Origin: a virus
Virus record (IMG/VR): IMGVR_UViG_3300048926_000477
Reading direction: 5' to 3' (one strand)
Length of the DNA stretch: 64,000 nt
Shown here piece after piece: positions 8,937-18,194 of the stretch (positions are counted from its first letter, which is position 1; the number at the start of each line of letters is the position of its first letter). A program made the position numbers and the translations under genes. Under the pieces are notes generated by a model, which was not told where the DNA came from, ran no database searches, and saw only the letters and a list, made by a program, of their open reading frames with translations.

Positions 8937-11359
8937 CGATGACCCGGCCCATCTCCAACCTCCCCGACGAAGCGCAGGCCTGGCGTCGCGCGATCGAAGA
9001 GGACATCGACGCTGCACTGCGCAACGCCCGCCTCGCGAGCTCCTCGGCGAAGGCCGGCCGAAGCGCCGCCGCCGGTGCCGCCCGTGGACTCGTGGCCGCA
9101 GGACTCAGCGCGGCCGAGGCGAACGCCGCGATCGCCAACGCAGCGCGCATGCCGGCGGCGCCGGCAGACTCCACTGCCAGCTCGAGCACCTACTTCGACG
9201 AGTTCGGCCGTCCGCGCGCCACGGTGTACAGCTCGTGCAGCCCGGTCACTCTCGACACTCGAGGCCGAGACATCGACGTGGAGTATTACGAGCTGTTCGG
9301 CCGCCCCGACATCGAAGGAGAGGCCTGGCGCAAGCTCTCTGAGACCTTCCTCACCCCGCCGGAGATGAGCTTCAACCCGCTCCCGGCGGGTGACAACTGG
9401 GCCTTCAAGATGCGCGGCGTCTCCACGAGCGGGACCCCCGGCGAGTTCGGAGCAGTCATCCCGCTCCTGCTCGCCAAGGACGAGACCCCGCCACCCAAGC
9501 CCGCCGCGCCGACGCCAACCTCCCGCCTCGGTCAGATCACGCTCGGCTGGTCGGGCACGACCGCCGACGGCAACCCGCAGCCGCCGGACTTCTCGCACGC
9601 GGATGTCTACATGGCAACCACGAGCACCGGCGCCGGTGCGGTCGTCGGCCGCATGACCGGATACGACGGCGACACCTTCGTCGCGCCCGAGCAGCCCTAC
9701 GGTCAGGAGCGCTGGTTCTGGCTCGTCGCCGTCGACTACGCCGGCAACCGTTCGGTGCCGTCCGACAAGCAGACCGCCACCGCGCAGTCCGTCGTCGAGG
9801 ACGACATCGACAGCGCGATCATCGACGCCATCACGGAGTCGGTCTCGTCGAACATCGGTGGCACGGCGACATGGAGCACCGCCGCTCCTACCGCTGCGGA
9901 CGGAGTGGGCAAGGCGTCGGGCGCCATGTGGTGGCGTCGTGACGGCAACAACGACGTGATCGGCGTCTGGGAGTGGACCGGGGTTGAGTGGAGCCCACGC
10001 GCGCTCTCGAACGAGGTGATCGCGAGCCTCGACGCCGGCAAGATCAATGCAGGATTCATCGACGTGGCCCGCCTGCAGGCCAACACCATCACGGCGAGCA
10101 AGCTCCTGGTCAGCAACTTCCAGAACCTCGTCGAGGACCCCGGCATGGTGCGAGCGATCGGCGCCGCATGGACCGACGGGAACGGCCTGGCTTCGATCTA
10201 CAGCGACCCAGACGTGGACCGCCTTCTGCGCATCCTGGGTGTTGCAGGCACTGGCGTCACCGTGCGCAACTCGAACCTCTTCACGGTCAAGCCTGGCGAG
10301 ACCTACCTGGTCACCGCCCGCACCTACAACGGCGCATCCGCGGGCTCCGCCGGGTTCGGCATCATGTGGTACGACGCCAGCAACACCTACATCTCAGCCA
10401 GTCTCGTCTCGGCTCCTGCTGGCGGGGGATGGCGAGACCTTTCGGGCCGCGTCGACGCCCCCGCGAGAGCCGTCACCGGCGTCTACTGCCTGTCGACATC
10501 AGCGGCTTTCGCCGGCGGAAACGTCCACCTCTCCAAGCCCGGAGTCTTCCGAGCTGTCGACTCGGAGCTCATCGTCGACGGCGCCATCACAGCGCGCTCC
10601 ATCGCGACCGACGCTGTCACGGCGGCCAAGATCGAGGCCGGCGCCGTCACAGCCGTCAAGGTCGCTGCCAACGCGATCTCGGCCGACAAGATCCAGTCGA
10701 ACGCGGTGACCACCGACAAGATCAACGCCAACGCGGTGACGGCGACGGAGATCGCGGCCGCTGCGATCACGTCGAAGCACACGATCACCGGCGCTCTCGT
10801 GCGCACGGCGGCATCCGGCGCTCGCACCGAGATGAACAGCAGCGGCCTCCAGGTCATCAACTCCTCCGGCAACCCACTCGTTCGCCTCGGGTACGGCATC
10901 CCGACTGGCCTGCAGGTTGCTCAGCCCGATACGGGCTCCTTGGTGGCGCTGGCGCCGTTCGTCTTCGGCATGCAGAACGCCACGAGCAACACCGCCTTCA
11001 ACCTCACCTGGCCCGGATCCGACAACGTGTGGGGAGCCACGACACTCGTGACTCCCGGCCTGACGGTCACCTCGCCGACCGGCAAGTTCATGGTGATCCT
11101 GACGGTGAAGGCGGCCGAGAACTCTCGTCAGAACTACGCCGTCGCGATGGGTATGGAGTTCATGGTCGGTACCGGCATCGCCGGCACCGTCGGAAACGCC
11201 TTTGCCCAAGGCGAGTACCCCTCGCCCCACTTCGGCATCGTCCAGCTCACCCCGAACGCCAACTACACGGTGCGTCTCGGATTCACGCCGAAGCGCTTCT
11301 TTGGTGGCACGGCCCCAGCGACCGTTGCTGGATATTCCGTTGCCATCTGGCCCGTTTAG
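8933..11359 (+). CDS. tail fibre / minor tail protein with 8-residue beta-helix-type repeats
   Basis: Start ATG 8933 overlaps the upstream stop (ATGA; MTMTRP...); 808 aa; repeats of the form AVT-AAK-IEAG, AVT-AVK-VAAN and AIS-ADK-IQSN around nt 10594-10790. Confidence 0.6.
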   Translation: MTMTRPISNLPDEAQAWRRAIEEDIDAALRNARLASSSAKAGRSAAAGAARGLVAAGLSAAEANAAIANAARMPAAPADSTASSSTYFDEFGRPRATVYSSCSPVTLDTRGRDIDVEYYELFGRPDIEGEAWRKLSETFLTPPEMSFNPLPAGDNWAFKMRGVSTSGTPGEFGAVIPLLLAKDETPPPKPAAPTPTSRLGQITLGWSGTTADGNPQPPDFSHADVYMATTSTGAGAVVGRMTGYDGDTFVAPEQPYGQERWFWLVAVDYAGNRSVPSDKQTATAQSVVEDDIDSAIIDAITESVSSNIGGTATWSTAAPTAADGVGKASGAMWWRRDGNNDVIGVWEWTGVEWSPRALSNEVIASLDAGKINAGFIDVARLQANTITASKLLVSNFQNLVEDPGMVRAIGAAWTDGNGLASIYSDPDVDRLLRILGVAGTGVTVRNSNLFTVKPGETYLVTARTYNGASAGSAGFGIMWYDASNTYISASLVSAPAGGGWRDLSGRVDAPARAVTGVYCLSTSAAFAGGNVHLSKPGVFRAVDSELIVDGAITARSIATDAVTAAKIEAGAVTAVKVAANAISADKIQSNAVTTDKINANAVTATEIAAAAITSKHTITGALVRTAASGARTEMNSSGLQVINSSGNPLVRLGYGIPTGLQVAQPDTGSLVALAPFVFGMQNATSNTAFNLTWPGSDNVWGATTLVTPGLTVTSPTGKFMVILTVKAAENSRQNYAVAMGMEFMVGTGIAGTVGNAFAQGEYPSPHFGIVQLTPNANYTVRLGFTPKRFFGGTAPATVAGYSVAIWPV

Positions 11360-11393
11360 TCGCCCGAAATTGGGCTTAGACTCCGGCGGCACA

Positions 11394-11987
11394 ATGGCAA
11401 CCACTTCCCGCGGGATTCCGCTCGCTGACGGCGACACGATCGTTAACCCGATCCAGACGCCGCTCAATGCGATGGCGAATGCCCTGGACACTGCCCTCGG
11501 CAACCTCGTCACCGAGCTGGGCCCCGCGATCGGGTGGCGCCGCGCTGGCACGAACGCCGATCGACTCGCTCTCGCCGCACCGGCGCTGGCCCGTGGAGTG
11601 CAGTTCTACTGCACCGACACCGACCGCGAGTGGGAATACAGCGGCTCCGCCTGGTACTGCACGCGGATGCCGTTCACAGACCTGAGCTACGCAACTGGCT
11701 GGAGCACCGTCGCCAATGCCCCGGGGGCCTACGTCCGCATCCGAGGCGGCATCGTCACCATCGGAGGCCGAGTCAGCGGCACCGGCACCGCTGGGACCAC
11801 CATCGCGACCCTCCCCGCCGAAGCACGCCCCGCAAAGGAGCTGACCTTCCAGGTCTACGTCGACTCAGTCAGCGCATGGGGCGCCATGCGCATCGGCACC
11901 GATGGCGCCATCGCCTTCTACAGCAAGACCACCCCGCTCTCCGATGTGCGACTCGACGGAGCCCCCTCCTGGTCGGTGTCCTCGTGA
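11394..11987 (+). CDS. minor tail protein (possible receptor-binding component)
   Basis: 198 aa from ATG 11394 (MATTSRGIPLADGD); the TAGACTCCGGCGGC motif lies 11 nt upstream; the ORF-track extension from 11202 overlaps the fibre gene and is rejected. Confidence 0.45.
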   Translation: MATTSRGIPLADGDTIVNPIQTPLNAMANALDTALGNLVTELGPAIGWRRAGTNADRLALAAPALARGVQFYCTDTDREWEYSGSAWYCTRMPFTDLSYATGWSTVANAPGAYVRIRGGIVTIGGRVSGTGTAGTTIATLPAEARPAKELTFQVYVDSVSAWGAMRIGTDGAIAFYSKTTPLSDVRLDGAPSWSVSS

Positions 11988-12015
11988 GCGCTTCCCCTGA
12001 TCTGAACGGACGAGC

Positions 12016-12726
12016 ATGAAGTACGGCAACGGAGAGATCCCCCTTGAGGAGCTCGTGCTCCTCGCCTCAGGCACGAACGAGGACGGCTATTGGGAGCACC
12101 GGCTCTCCCCCGCCTCCGCAGCGCGCTGGGCGGCCCTCGTGCGCGACGTATGGCTCAACGAGGGCGTCGCGCTCTACATCTCTCCCGGCTGGAACGCCTA
12201 CCGCCCACTCGCCGCGCAGATCCTCGCGAAGCAGAAGTATGGCCGCAATGCCGCCGCCCCTCGCTACTCGTCCCACGGCGGGTACTTCGAGGGACGCGAC
12301 ACTCTCGCGATCGACGTGGCCAACTGGGGCGATCTCGGCGCCGAGAAGTTCTTCGCGTACGCCCGCAAGCACGGCTTCATCGCCAACTACTTCGACGGCA
12401 GGAACGGCCGCCCGCTCGAACAGTGGCACATCATCGACCCCAATCCCTTCACCGGAGGCGCGGCGATCGCCGGCGGATCCTCCACATCCATCACCCCTGT
12501 CCCCGAGGAGGACGACATGTCGACACTGTTTCTCATGACCACCGAGGCGCAGGCCGGCCAGGGTTACGCCAAGGGCATCCTGCGATGGCTGGTCAACTCC
12601 TGGCCGAAGGGCCGCCGCGAGATCACGACCGAGGAAGAGGCGCTCTACAAGTCCCTCAACTACAAGGCCATCGCCGGCCTGCAGCCGCTCGCTCGAGCTG
12701 AGATCTACCCGCTCACGAACGCCTGA
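12016..12726 (+). CDS. endolysin, peptidase M15 / VanY-like D-Ala-D-Ala carboxypeptidase family
   Basis: 236 aa; the stretch SSHGGYFEGRDTLAIDV and a later H match the LAS metallopeptidase H-x6-D...H arrangement; lies in the lysis position after the tail genes. Confidence 0.6.
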   Translation: MKYGNGEIPLEELVLLASGTNEDGYWEHRLSPASAARWAALVRDVWLNEGVALYISPGWNAYRPLAAQILAKQKYGRNAAAPRYSSHGGYFEGRDTLAIDVANWGDLGAEKFFAYARKHGFIANYFDGRNGRPLEQWHIIDPNPFTGGAAIAGGSSTSITPVPEEDDMSTLFLMTTEAQAGQGYAKGILRWLVNSWPKGRREITTEEEALYKSLNYKAIAGLQPLARAEIYPLTNA

Positions 12727-12760
12727 CGCCCGCCCCACTCCTTCACGCAGAGAGACCTTC

Positions 12761-13132
12761 ATGGCCGCCGACGAGATCCCACCCTGGGTTGAGTTCGTGC
12801 TCGCCCAGGTGAGCAAGCAGTTCGACGGCGTCAACGCGCGCCTCGACAGTCTCGTCACCCGCGACGCGTTCACCGAGGAGCAGAAGCGCGTCAACGAGAA
12901 GTTCGACTCGCACGGCAGGGAAATCTCGTCGCTCAGGGCTGACCTAGCCGCTGAGGCCACGGCGCGAGCTGCAGAGCGTCTCGAGTCGGCGAACAAGGCG
13001 GCGGCGGACGCTCAGGCAAACCAGCGCACGGCCCGTCAGACCAATTGGCAATGGCTCGCTCTCATCGCGTCGCCCTTCATCGGCGGATTTGCCCTCTGGA
13101 TTCTCAACGGCGGATTGGCGGCGACTCCGTGA
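12761..13132 (+). CDS. holin-like membrane protein (coiled-coil N-terminus, single C-terminal TM)
   Basis: 123 aa; C-terminal [24 protein letters not shown] is a TM segment; adjacent to the endolysin gene. Confidence 0.4.
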   Translation: MAADEIPPWVEFVLAQVSKQFDGVNARLDSLVTRDAFTEEQKRVNEKFDSHGREISSLRADLAAEATARAAERLESANKAAADAQANQRTARQTNWQWLALIASPFIGGFALWILNGGLAATP

Positions 13133-13893
13133 CCGAAGAGCCCTTCGTTCCCACTCCCGGGGCGATCATCCCCGTCGAACAACCGCCGGCGCCTCGTCGT
13201 CAGTGGGTGCTCATGGCCACCATCACGGTGTTCGGAGTTCTGGCACTCGTCCTCGGAGGCGGCTGGATCTCGAACCTCGTGCAGCGCAACGAGCACCTCA
13301 ACCAGCAGGTCTCCCAGATCTACGACGACCTGCACGCCTCCGAGCAGAACGCGCAACGGCTCTACGACCAGCTCCTTGAACTCGGCGAAGCGCCAGAAGG
13401 CGTCGACCCTGCAACGATCACCGGCCCGGCCGGCGCGCGCGGGGAAGCCGGTCGCCCACCGACCGCCGCGGAGATCGCGGATGCTGTGAGCGCATTCTGT
13501 GCCGCACGCGGAGACTGCCGCGGCCCGGTCGGTGCAGTCGGCCCGGCAGGCGTGGCCGGTGCTGCAGGTGAGGACGGCGCTCCCGGCCCTTCTGGTCCGA
13601 GCGGACGCGACGGCCTCAACGGAACCACGGGCCCCGCAGGTCCAGCAGGACCACCTGGCGCCGACGGAGCTGCTGGCCCGGCCGGCCCTGTGGGGCCAGC
13701 TGGCGAGCCAGGCGCCACGGGCCCGCAGGGTGCCCCTGGACCCCAGGGCGAGCCGGGACCCACAGGCCCGCAAGGACCCGCCGGCCCGGCCTGCAGCGAC
13801 GGCTACACGCTCCGTCAGGTGACCGTCCTGCTTCAGGACCCCGAAACCGGCGAGTCTCAGCCGACTCTCGCCGAGGTGTGCCTGCCCGCCTGA
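13129..13893 (+). CDS. collagen-like repeat membrane protein (type II membrane anchor, coiled coil, Gly-X-Y repeats)
   Basis: GTG 13129 overlaps the holin-like stop (GTGA); [23 protein letters not shown]; about 35 [34 protein letters not shown]-type triplets. Confidence 0.55.
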   Translation: MTEEPFVPTPGAIIPVEQPPAPRRQWVLMATITVFGVLALVLGGGWISNLVQRNEHLNQQVSQIYDDLHASEQNAQRLYDQLLELGEAPEGVDPATITGPAGARGEAGRPPTAAEIADAVSAFCAARGDCRGPVGAVGPAGVAGAAGEDGAPGPSGPSGRDGLNGTTGPAGPAGPPGADGAAGPAGPVGPAGEPGATGPQGAPGPQGEPGPTGPQGPAGPACSDGYTLRQVTVLLQDPETGESQPTLAEVCLPA

Positions 13894-13933
13894 CGGACGC
13901 ACACCACCCGATTTAGCTAGCAAAGGAGAGAGC

Positions 13934-15184
13934 GTGGCTAGGTCACCCCTCAGAGATAACCCGGACTTCCTCGCCGACTGCGCGTCGACCATGCGCAAGA
14001 AGGACATCGTCGAGAAGTGGGAGTGCTCCTCCGGCCTCGTCGTCGACGTGCGCCGAGAGCTCAACGGCCCCATCGACACGGCGCGTACCTCCCTGAAGGC
14101 GGGCGAGTCCGACGATGTGCAGGACGGCCCGGACGGCAAGGTCTTCAACTTCGTACGCCATCGCCCGATCACGCTCGAGGACGCGCGACAGTGGATCCGC
14201 TCGAGCGGTGACGATCCCGACCTCTTCCACATCTCTCTGCGCACGATCGCCTACGGTGGTGACCGGTCCTCCAACCGCATGTCAGCCTGGCCGAAGACGG
14301 GGAAGGCACTCGTGGAGTCCCTCAAGCTCGAGCAGCTGTACGCGGCCGCCGAGCGCCACACTCCCGCGCGTCCCACGCCGTCCGGCGACCGGGGCACGGT
14401 CACCGCACTGTGCGACTGGCAGGTCGGAAAGACCGGTCGCCGCGGGGGAACCCCCGAGCTCCTCCAGCGACTCGCTGAGAGCCGCGAGCGTGCAGCGCTC
14501 GAGTACGAGCGACGGGCACCTGCCCGCATCCTGCTCGCGGATGGCGGCGACGGCATCGAGAATTTCGAGTCCGGCGGCAACCCGATGTTCACCAACGATC
14601 TGAGCCTCCCGGACCAGCTCGACTGCTACGCGACAGAACTGTTCAAGTGGGTCGAGCTGGCCGCCCGGTTCGCCCCCGTCGACGTGATGGTCGTCTCCTC
14701 GAATCACAGCAGTTGGCGCCGCGGGAAGCAGGTGCTCGGCAAGCCGAGCGACGACTTCGGGATCTTCGTGCACAAGCAGGTCGAGAAGCTCGCGCAGCGC
14801 GCCGGCATCGACGCAACCTGGCACTACCCCGACGAGTGGGACGAGTCGGTGTGCGTGGATCTCCTCGGCACGCCCATCGGCCTCGTGCATGGATCTCAGT
14901 TCGGCCCCGGCGGCGCGATCGGCTGGTGGGAGAAGCAGGCGTTTGGCAGCCAGGCCATCACGCGCGCGGACATCCTCGTCACCGCGCACTACCACACGTA
15001 CGGCGCGGGCGTCGCAGGCATCAACCCGTTTAGCGGCCGCGAGCGCATGTGGCTCGGCGCCCCCACCATGGACAACGGCTCCGATCACTACCGCCACACC
15101 GCAGGGCGCGACTCGCTGCCCGGCACGCTCATCTTCGACGTGGCGCCGAGCGGCTTCGACATCTCGAGCCTCAACATCATCTGA
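13934..15184 (+). CDS. N-terminal HTH fused to a calcineurin-like metallophosphoesterase (MPP) domain protein
   Basis: 416 aa; MPP-like blocks LADGGDG, VVSSNHS, GLVHGSQ and VTAHYHTY (GD / GNH / GH / GHxH pattern); N-terminal MRKKDIVEKWECSSGLVVDVRREL is HTH-like; SD aaggagag then GTG. Confidence 0.5.
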   Translation: MARSPLRDNPDFLADCASTMRKKDIVEKWECSSGLVVDVRRELNGPIDTARTSLKAGESDDVQDGPDGKVFNFVRHRPITLEDARQWIRSSGDDPDLFHISLRTIAYGGDRSSNRMSAWPKTGKALVESLKLEQLYAAAERHTPARPTPSGDRGTVTALCDWQVGKTGRRGGTPELLQRLAESRERAALEYERRAPARILLADGGDGIENFESGGNPMFTNDLSLPDQLDCYATELFKWVELAARFAPVDVMVVSSNHSSWRRGKQVLGKPSDDFGIFVHKQVEKLAQRAGIDATWHYPDEWDESVCVDLLGTPIGLVHGSQFGPGGAIGWWEKQAFGSQAITRADILVTAHYHTYGAGVAGINPFSGRERMWLGAPTMDNGSDHYRHTAGRDSLPGTLIFDVAPSGFDISSLNII

Positions 15185-15235
15185 GCGACAGGCTTAGACT
15201 TCGCCGCCACAACGACCTTGAAGGAGGCTCCCCCG

Positions 15236-15526
15236 ATGGCAGAGCAGTCCACCCAGAGCGCGCACCCCTGGCGCGCCTCCGTCCGAACGGCAGCCGCCGT
15301 CGGCATCGCGGCTCTTGCCGCTCTCGCCGCGATCGGCCCCGAGCTGGTGAACTTCGTCGCCGAGCAGTTCCCGGGCTCGCCCGCCGCGGGGATCGTCGCC
15401 GCCGGCTCCGGCTTCATCGTCGGCCTGTCGCTGCTCGTGAACCGCATCGCGCTCCTGGCGCCGGTGGCGAGCTTCCTGCAGAGCATCGGGCTCGGCCCGA
15501 CGCCCAAGACCGGAGGTGACGACTGA
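15236..15526 (+). CDS. small membrane protein (2 predicted TM segments)
   Basis: ATG 15236 preceded by SD aaggagg; hydrophobic segments AAAVGIAALAALAAIG and IVAAGSGFIVGLSLLV; an alternative TTG start at 15218 is also possible. Confidence 0.45.
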   Translation: MAEQSTQSAHPWRASVRTAAAVGIAALAALAAIGPELVNFVAEQFPGSPAAGIVAAGSGFIVGLSLLVNRIALLAPVASFLQSIGLGPTPKTGGDD

Positions 15527-15585
15527 CGCCCCTCTCAGGATCAGCTAGCTAAACGCCGGCCCTGAGAGGAGCGTGGTCCGCATCT

Positions 15586-15638
15586 GCAAATAAGCCCCTG
15601 GCTTATAGATCGAAAAGATCAGCCAGGGGCTTATTTGC
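15586..15638. terminator. bidirectional terminator between the convergent late (+) and early (-) operons
   Basis: Perfect 18-bp inverted repeat gcaaataagcccctggct / agccaggggcttatttgc with a 17-nt loop, AT-rich flanks, between convergent stops at 15526 and 15648. Confidence 0.6.
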
Positions 15639-15647
15639 GCGCACGGG

Positions 15648-15881
15648 TCAGTTGCGCACAGCCTCGACAACGTAGTGCTGCGACTCCGGAAGCGGGAACG
15701 CTTGCTCGGCGATCGTCAATGCTTCTTCGACCGAGTTTGCGCGGACGACGGGGTGAGGTTCTCGCCCCGAGAAGATATTCATGACGCCCGGATTCGACGC
15801 CGGCCGCAGTGTGTAGACGAAGAGCTTCGCTCCGCAGGAGCACGACGCGGTCACGGCTACCCCTCCCGCCGCGGCGGCCAC
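15648..15881 (-). CDS. hypothetical protein (doubtful; overlaps the RuvC 3' end)
   Basis: 77-aa ORF; its start overlaps the RuvC gene end by 25 nt; no clear SD. Confidence 0.2.
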   Translation of the reverse strand: MAAAAGGVAVTASCSCGAKLFVYTLRPASNPGVMNIFSGREPHPVVRANSVEEALTIAEQAFPLPESQHYVVEAVRN

Positions 15882-16366
15882 AAACGCCTCATCGTCGGCG
15901 CATGCCGGCGCGCGCGCAGCGAGACTGCAATGTGCGTAATCGCATCGTTTGAGTCGTCATTGCCCGTCCCCGCCTTGAACAAGCCGTGCTCCTCGAGGAA
16001 GTCGAAGCGCACCCGCTGGCGCTGCACCTTCGTCCTCGCGCTCGGCGGGTAACCGGTCAGGCGGCCCTTGTCGAAGCGGTTCTGCTCGATGAGGGGGATG
16101 TGCAGCTGCCGAGCCCACCAGGCGAGCACTCCTTCGATCGGGATGCCGGAGAAGTCAGCACCATCCGCACTCTCGTCGTAGAGGAACTTCTCGTAGACGA
16201 TCTCCGACGGCGCCTCGCAGACGCCGCTCTCCAGCCAGTCGAGGAAGCCGTCGACGCCGCGGTGGATCTGCCAGCGATCGAGGACCTGCATGGGGGTGGT
16301 GGCGTCGTAGTACGCCAGCGCGGCGCCCGTCTCCAGGCCCGGGTCGACGCCGAGGATGAGGGTCAC
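15857..16366 (-). CDS. RuvC-like Holliday junction resolvase
   Basis: 169 aa; N-terminal ILGVDPGLETGAAL (catalytic Asp motif of RuvC) and C-terminal NDAITHIAVSL. Confidence 0.6.
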   Translation of the reverse strand: MTLILGVDPGLETGAALAYYDATTPMQVLDRWQIHRGVDGFLDWLESGVCEAPSEIVYEKFLYDESADGADFSGIPIEGVLAWWARQLHIPLIEQNRFDKGRLTGYPPSARTKVQRQRVRFDFLEEHGLFKAGTGNDDSNDAITHIAVSLRARRHAPTMRRLWPPRREG

Positions 16367-16740
16367 GATTCCTCCTCGAGCAGCTCGATGCCATAGTTGG
16401 CGCCGCGCTTCACTGCGATCCAGGTTCCCGTGACGACGCCGTGGTCGAGGGTGACCTTCGAGAGCATGTCAGTGAGGCCCTGGCCGAAGAAGGGGTACTC
16501 GGTGCCATCGGTGCCGACGAACCAGAAGCGGGCGGCGCTACGGCCACGCTCCAGGCGGTCCAGACGGAGGGTGTCGGCGAAGGGCTCGTTGGGGCGCCAC
16601 TCGACCTTCTTGTCGTAGTCGCTCGCCCATTCGAGCAGGCGTGCTCGCTCCTCCCATCGGAAGTCCGCATCTCCAAAGTGGCCTACGCCGACCCGGCGAG
16701 TGCCGAACGGGACGAGCTTGAGGCTGTTCTTCTTCGCCAT
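16363..16740 (-). CDS. hypothetical protein
   Basis: 125 aa from ATG 16740 (MAKKNSLKLVPF); ATGA overlap with the upstream gene. Confidence 0.4.
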   Translation of the reverse strand: MAKKNSLKLVPFGTRRVGVGHFGDADFRWEERARLLEWASDYDKKVEWRPNEPFADTLRLDRLERGRSAARFWFVGTDGTEYPFFGQGLTDMLSKVTLDHGVVTGTWIAVKRGANYGIELLEEES

Positions 16741-17246
16741 CACGCCACCGCCTTCACGGGCACCGCGCGCGAGGGGTCCTTCTGCACACGGATCTCGCGC
16801 CACGCGCGGAGGCTGAGTTCGCCCGTTGGGAACGGGATGATGATCTCGTCCAGCAGCTTGTCCTCTGGGCCGCCGGCGAGCTCATCGAGAAGCGTGTGCA
16901 GGTGCTCCTTCCACATCGACACACGGAGCGCGTTGTAGCCCTCCATCCAGGTGACACGCTTCTCGGTCACGTCGATCACTCCGAGGAGGTGGCGTCGGAA
17001 GGCGACCGTCTTGCGGTAGACCTCTGCGGGGCAGTTGGGGTCCTCGGCGCGCTGGGCGATCACGCTGTCGATGTACCAGAGCTGCTCGATCAGGGCAGTC
17101 AGGGTCCTGCGGATCACCGCGGGATCTTGGAAGGGGCTGCGGTGGCGGCCGGTGAAGCGGAGGTCGTCGGTCACGACCTCCTGGAAGTCGTCGTCGCTCA
17201 TTGCGACCAGTTCCTCGGCGGTGTAGTCGGCGGTGCTTTCAGTCAT
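16740..17246 (-). CDS. hypothetical protein
   Basis: 168 aa, acidic. Confidence 0.4.
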   Translation of the reverse strand: MTESTADYTAEELVAMSDDDFQEVVTDDLRFTGRHRSPFQDPAVIRRTLTALIEQLWYIDSVIAQRAEDPNCPAEVYRKTVAFRRHLLGVIDVTEKRVTWMEGYNALRVSMWKEHLHTLLDELAGGPEDKLLDEIIIPFPTGELSLRAWREIRVQKDPSRAVPVKAVA

Positions 17247-17397
17247 TTTCGTTCCTTTCGATGGGGTCTTCGAGTGCTTTCATTCGGACGTAAGTCGCGG
17301 TGGGGAGGTTGTGGAGGGCGGCGTGCTGTTCGATGACACGCTTCTGCTCGCGAGTGACCTCGATGTTGATGAGCACCTTGCCTTTGGAGATCGTCAT
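17239..17397 (-). CDS. ribbon-helix-helix (CopG/Arc-like) small DNA-binding protein
   Basis: 52 aa MTISKGKVLINIEVTREQKRVIEQHAALHNLPTATYVRMKALEDPIERNEND; start overlaps the upstream stop (ATGA); not in the ORF track. Confidence 0.4.
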   Translation of the reverse strand: MTISKGKVLINIEVTREQKRVIEQHAALHNLPTATYVRMKALEDPIERNEND

Positions 17398-18194
17398 GCC
17401 GCCCACTCCTGGCCGGCGAGAAGGGCGGCGTCGGATGGCGGCTGCGGCGTAGCTTCCGGCTCAGTTGCCGGCCCCTTCCTCTTCGGCGTCATGCGCTTCG
17501 CATCGGGCGCGAGGAGAGCGAGCCACTCATCCACCCAGAGCGAGAAGTCGCCGCCGACCTGGAAGATGTGGTCGTGCACGATGCGAGTGGTGCCGTCGTT
17601 GACCCGACGGTTCATCGCCATGCCCTCTTGGATGCGGCGCTCCTCGGTCCAGTTGAGCTCCTTGGCGCGGTTCTTGTCGACGGTGTAGTCGACCTCGTTG
17701 GGCCGCACGATGCCGACAGGGTCGGCCACGCGCGCGACCTGGAAGGCCGCTGTGGAGCCTTCCGCACCCTTACCCATGTAGGAAGCTCGGAAGCCGAGAG
17801 CGTGCTCTGGGTGGCGCGCCTCGACCGTGTAGCGGCGTGCCACGTACCCCTCGTAGCGCACGTCGCCCGCGCTGTACGTCTTCTTGTTGCCCTCCTTGGA
17901 GTCAGCCAGGTAGAGCACGGGTGAAACGTCGCCGACTGTGAGCCACGCCTGCACCTCGAGGCCGAGGGCGACGGCGGCGTTGAATGCCTTCTTGGGGGAT
18001 ACGCCGAGCGCGCCAGCATCGATCTTGTGGTTGGGGATTGTGACCGTCGTCACACCGCCGACGACAGGCTCTTCCTCGTCGTCGATCGGAGCGCCTGCCT
18101 TCTCCGCGAGCCACGCTCGGCGCTGATCGGCGTACTCGCGCATGTATTCCTCGGCGGTGAGCCCCATGCGCGACGGCCGGAAGTCGAAGCTCAT
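17394..18194 (-). CDS. hypothetical protein
   Basis: 266 aa; no recognisable motif. Confidence 0.4.
   Translation of the reverse strand: MSFDFRPSRMGLTAEEYMREYADQRRAWLAEKAGAPIDDEEEPVVGGVTTVTIPNHKIDAGALGVSPKKAFNAAVALGLEVQAWLTVGDVSPVLYLADSKEGNKKTYSAGDVRYEGYVARRYTVEARHPEHALGFRASYMGKGAEGSTAAFQVARVADPVGIVRPNEVDYTVDKNRAKELNWTEERRIQEGMAMNRRVNDGTTRIVHDHIFQVGGDFSLWVDEWLALLAPDAKRMTPKRKGPATEPEATPQPPSDAALLAGQEWAA

Noticed and set aside
11202-11393. Extension of the minor tail ORF upstream to 11202
   Set aside because: It overlaps the 3' end of the fibre gene; ATG 11394 follows the stop and the conserved TAGACTCC element.
15218-15235. TTG start at 15218 for the small membrane protein
   Set aside because: Choosing it would put the AAGGAGG Shine-Dalgarno inside the coding sequence; ATG 15236 with SD spacing of 6 nt is preferred, though TTG is not excluded.
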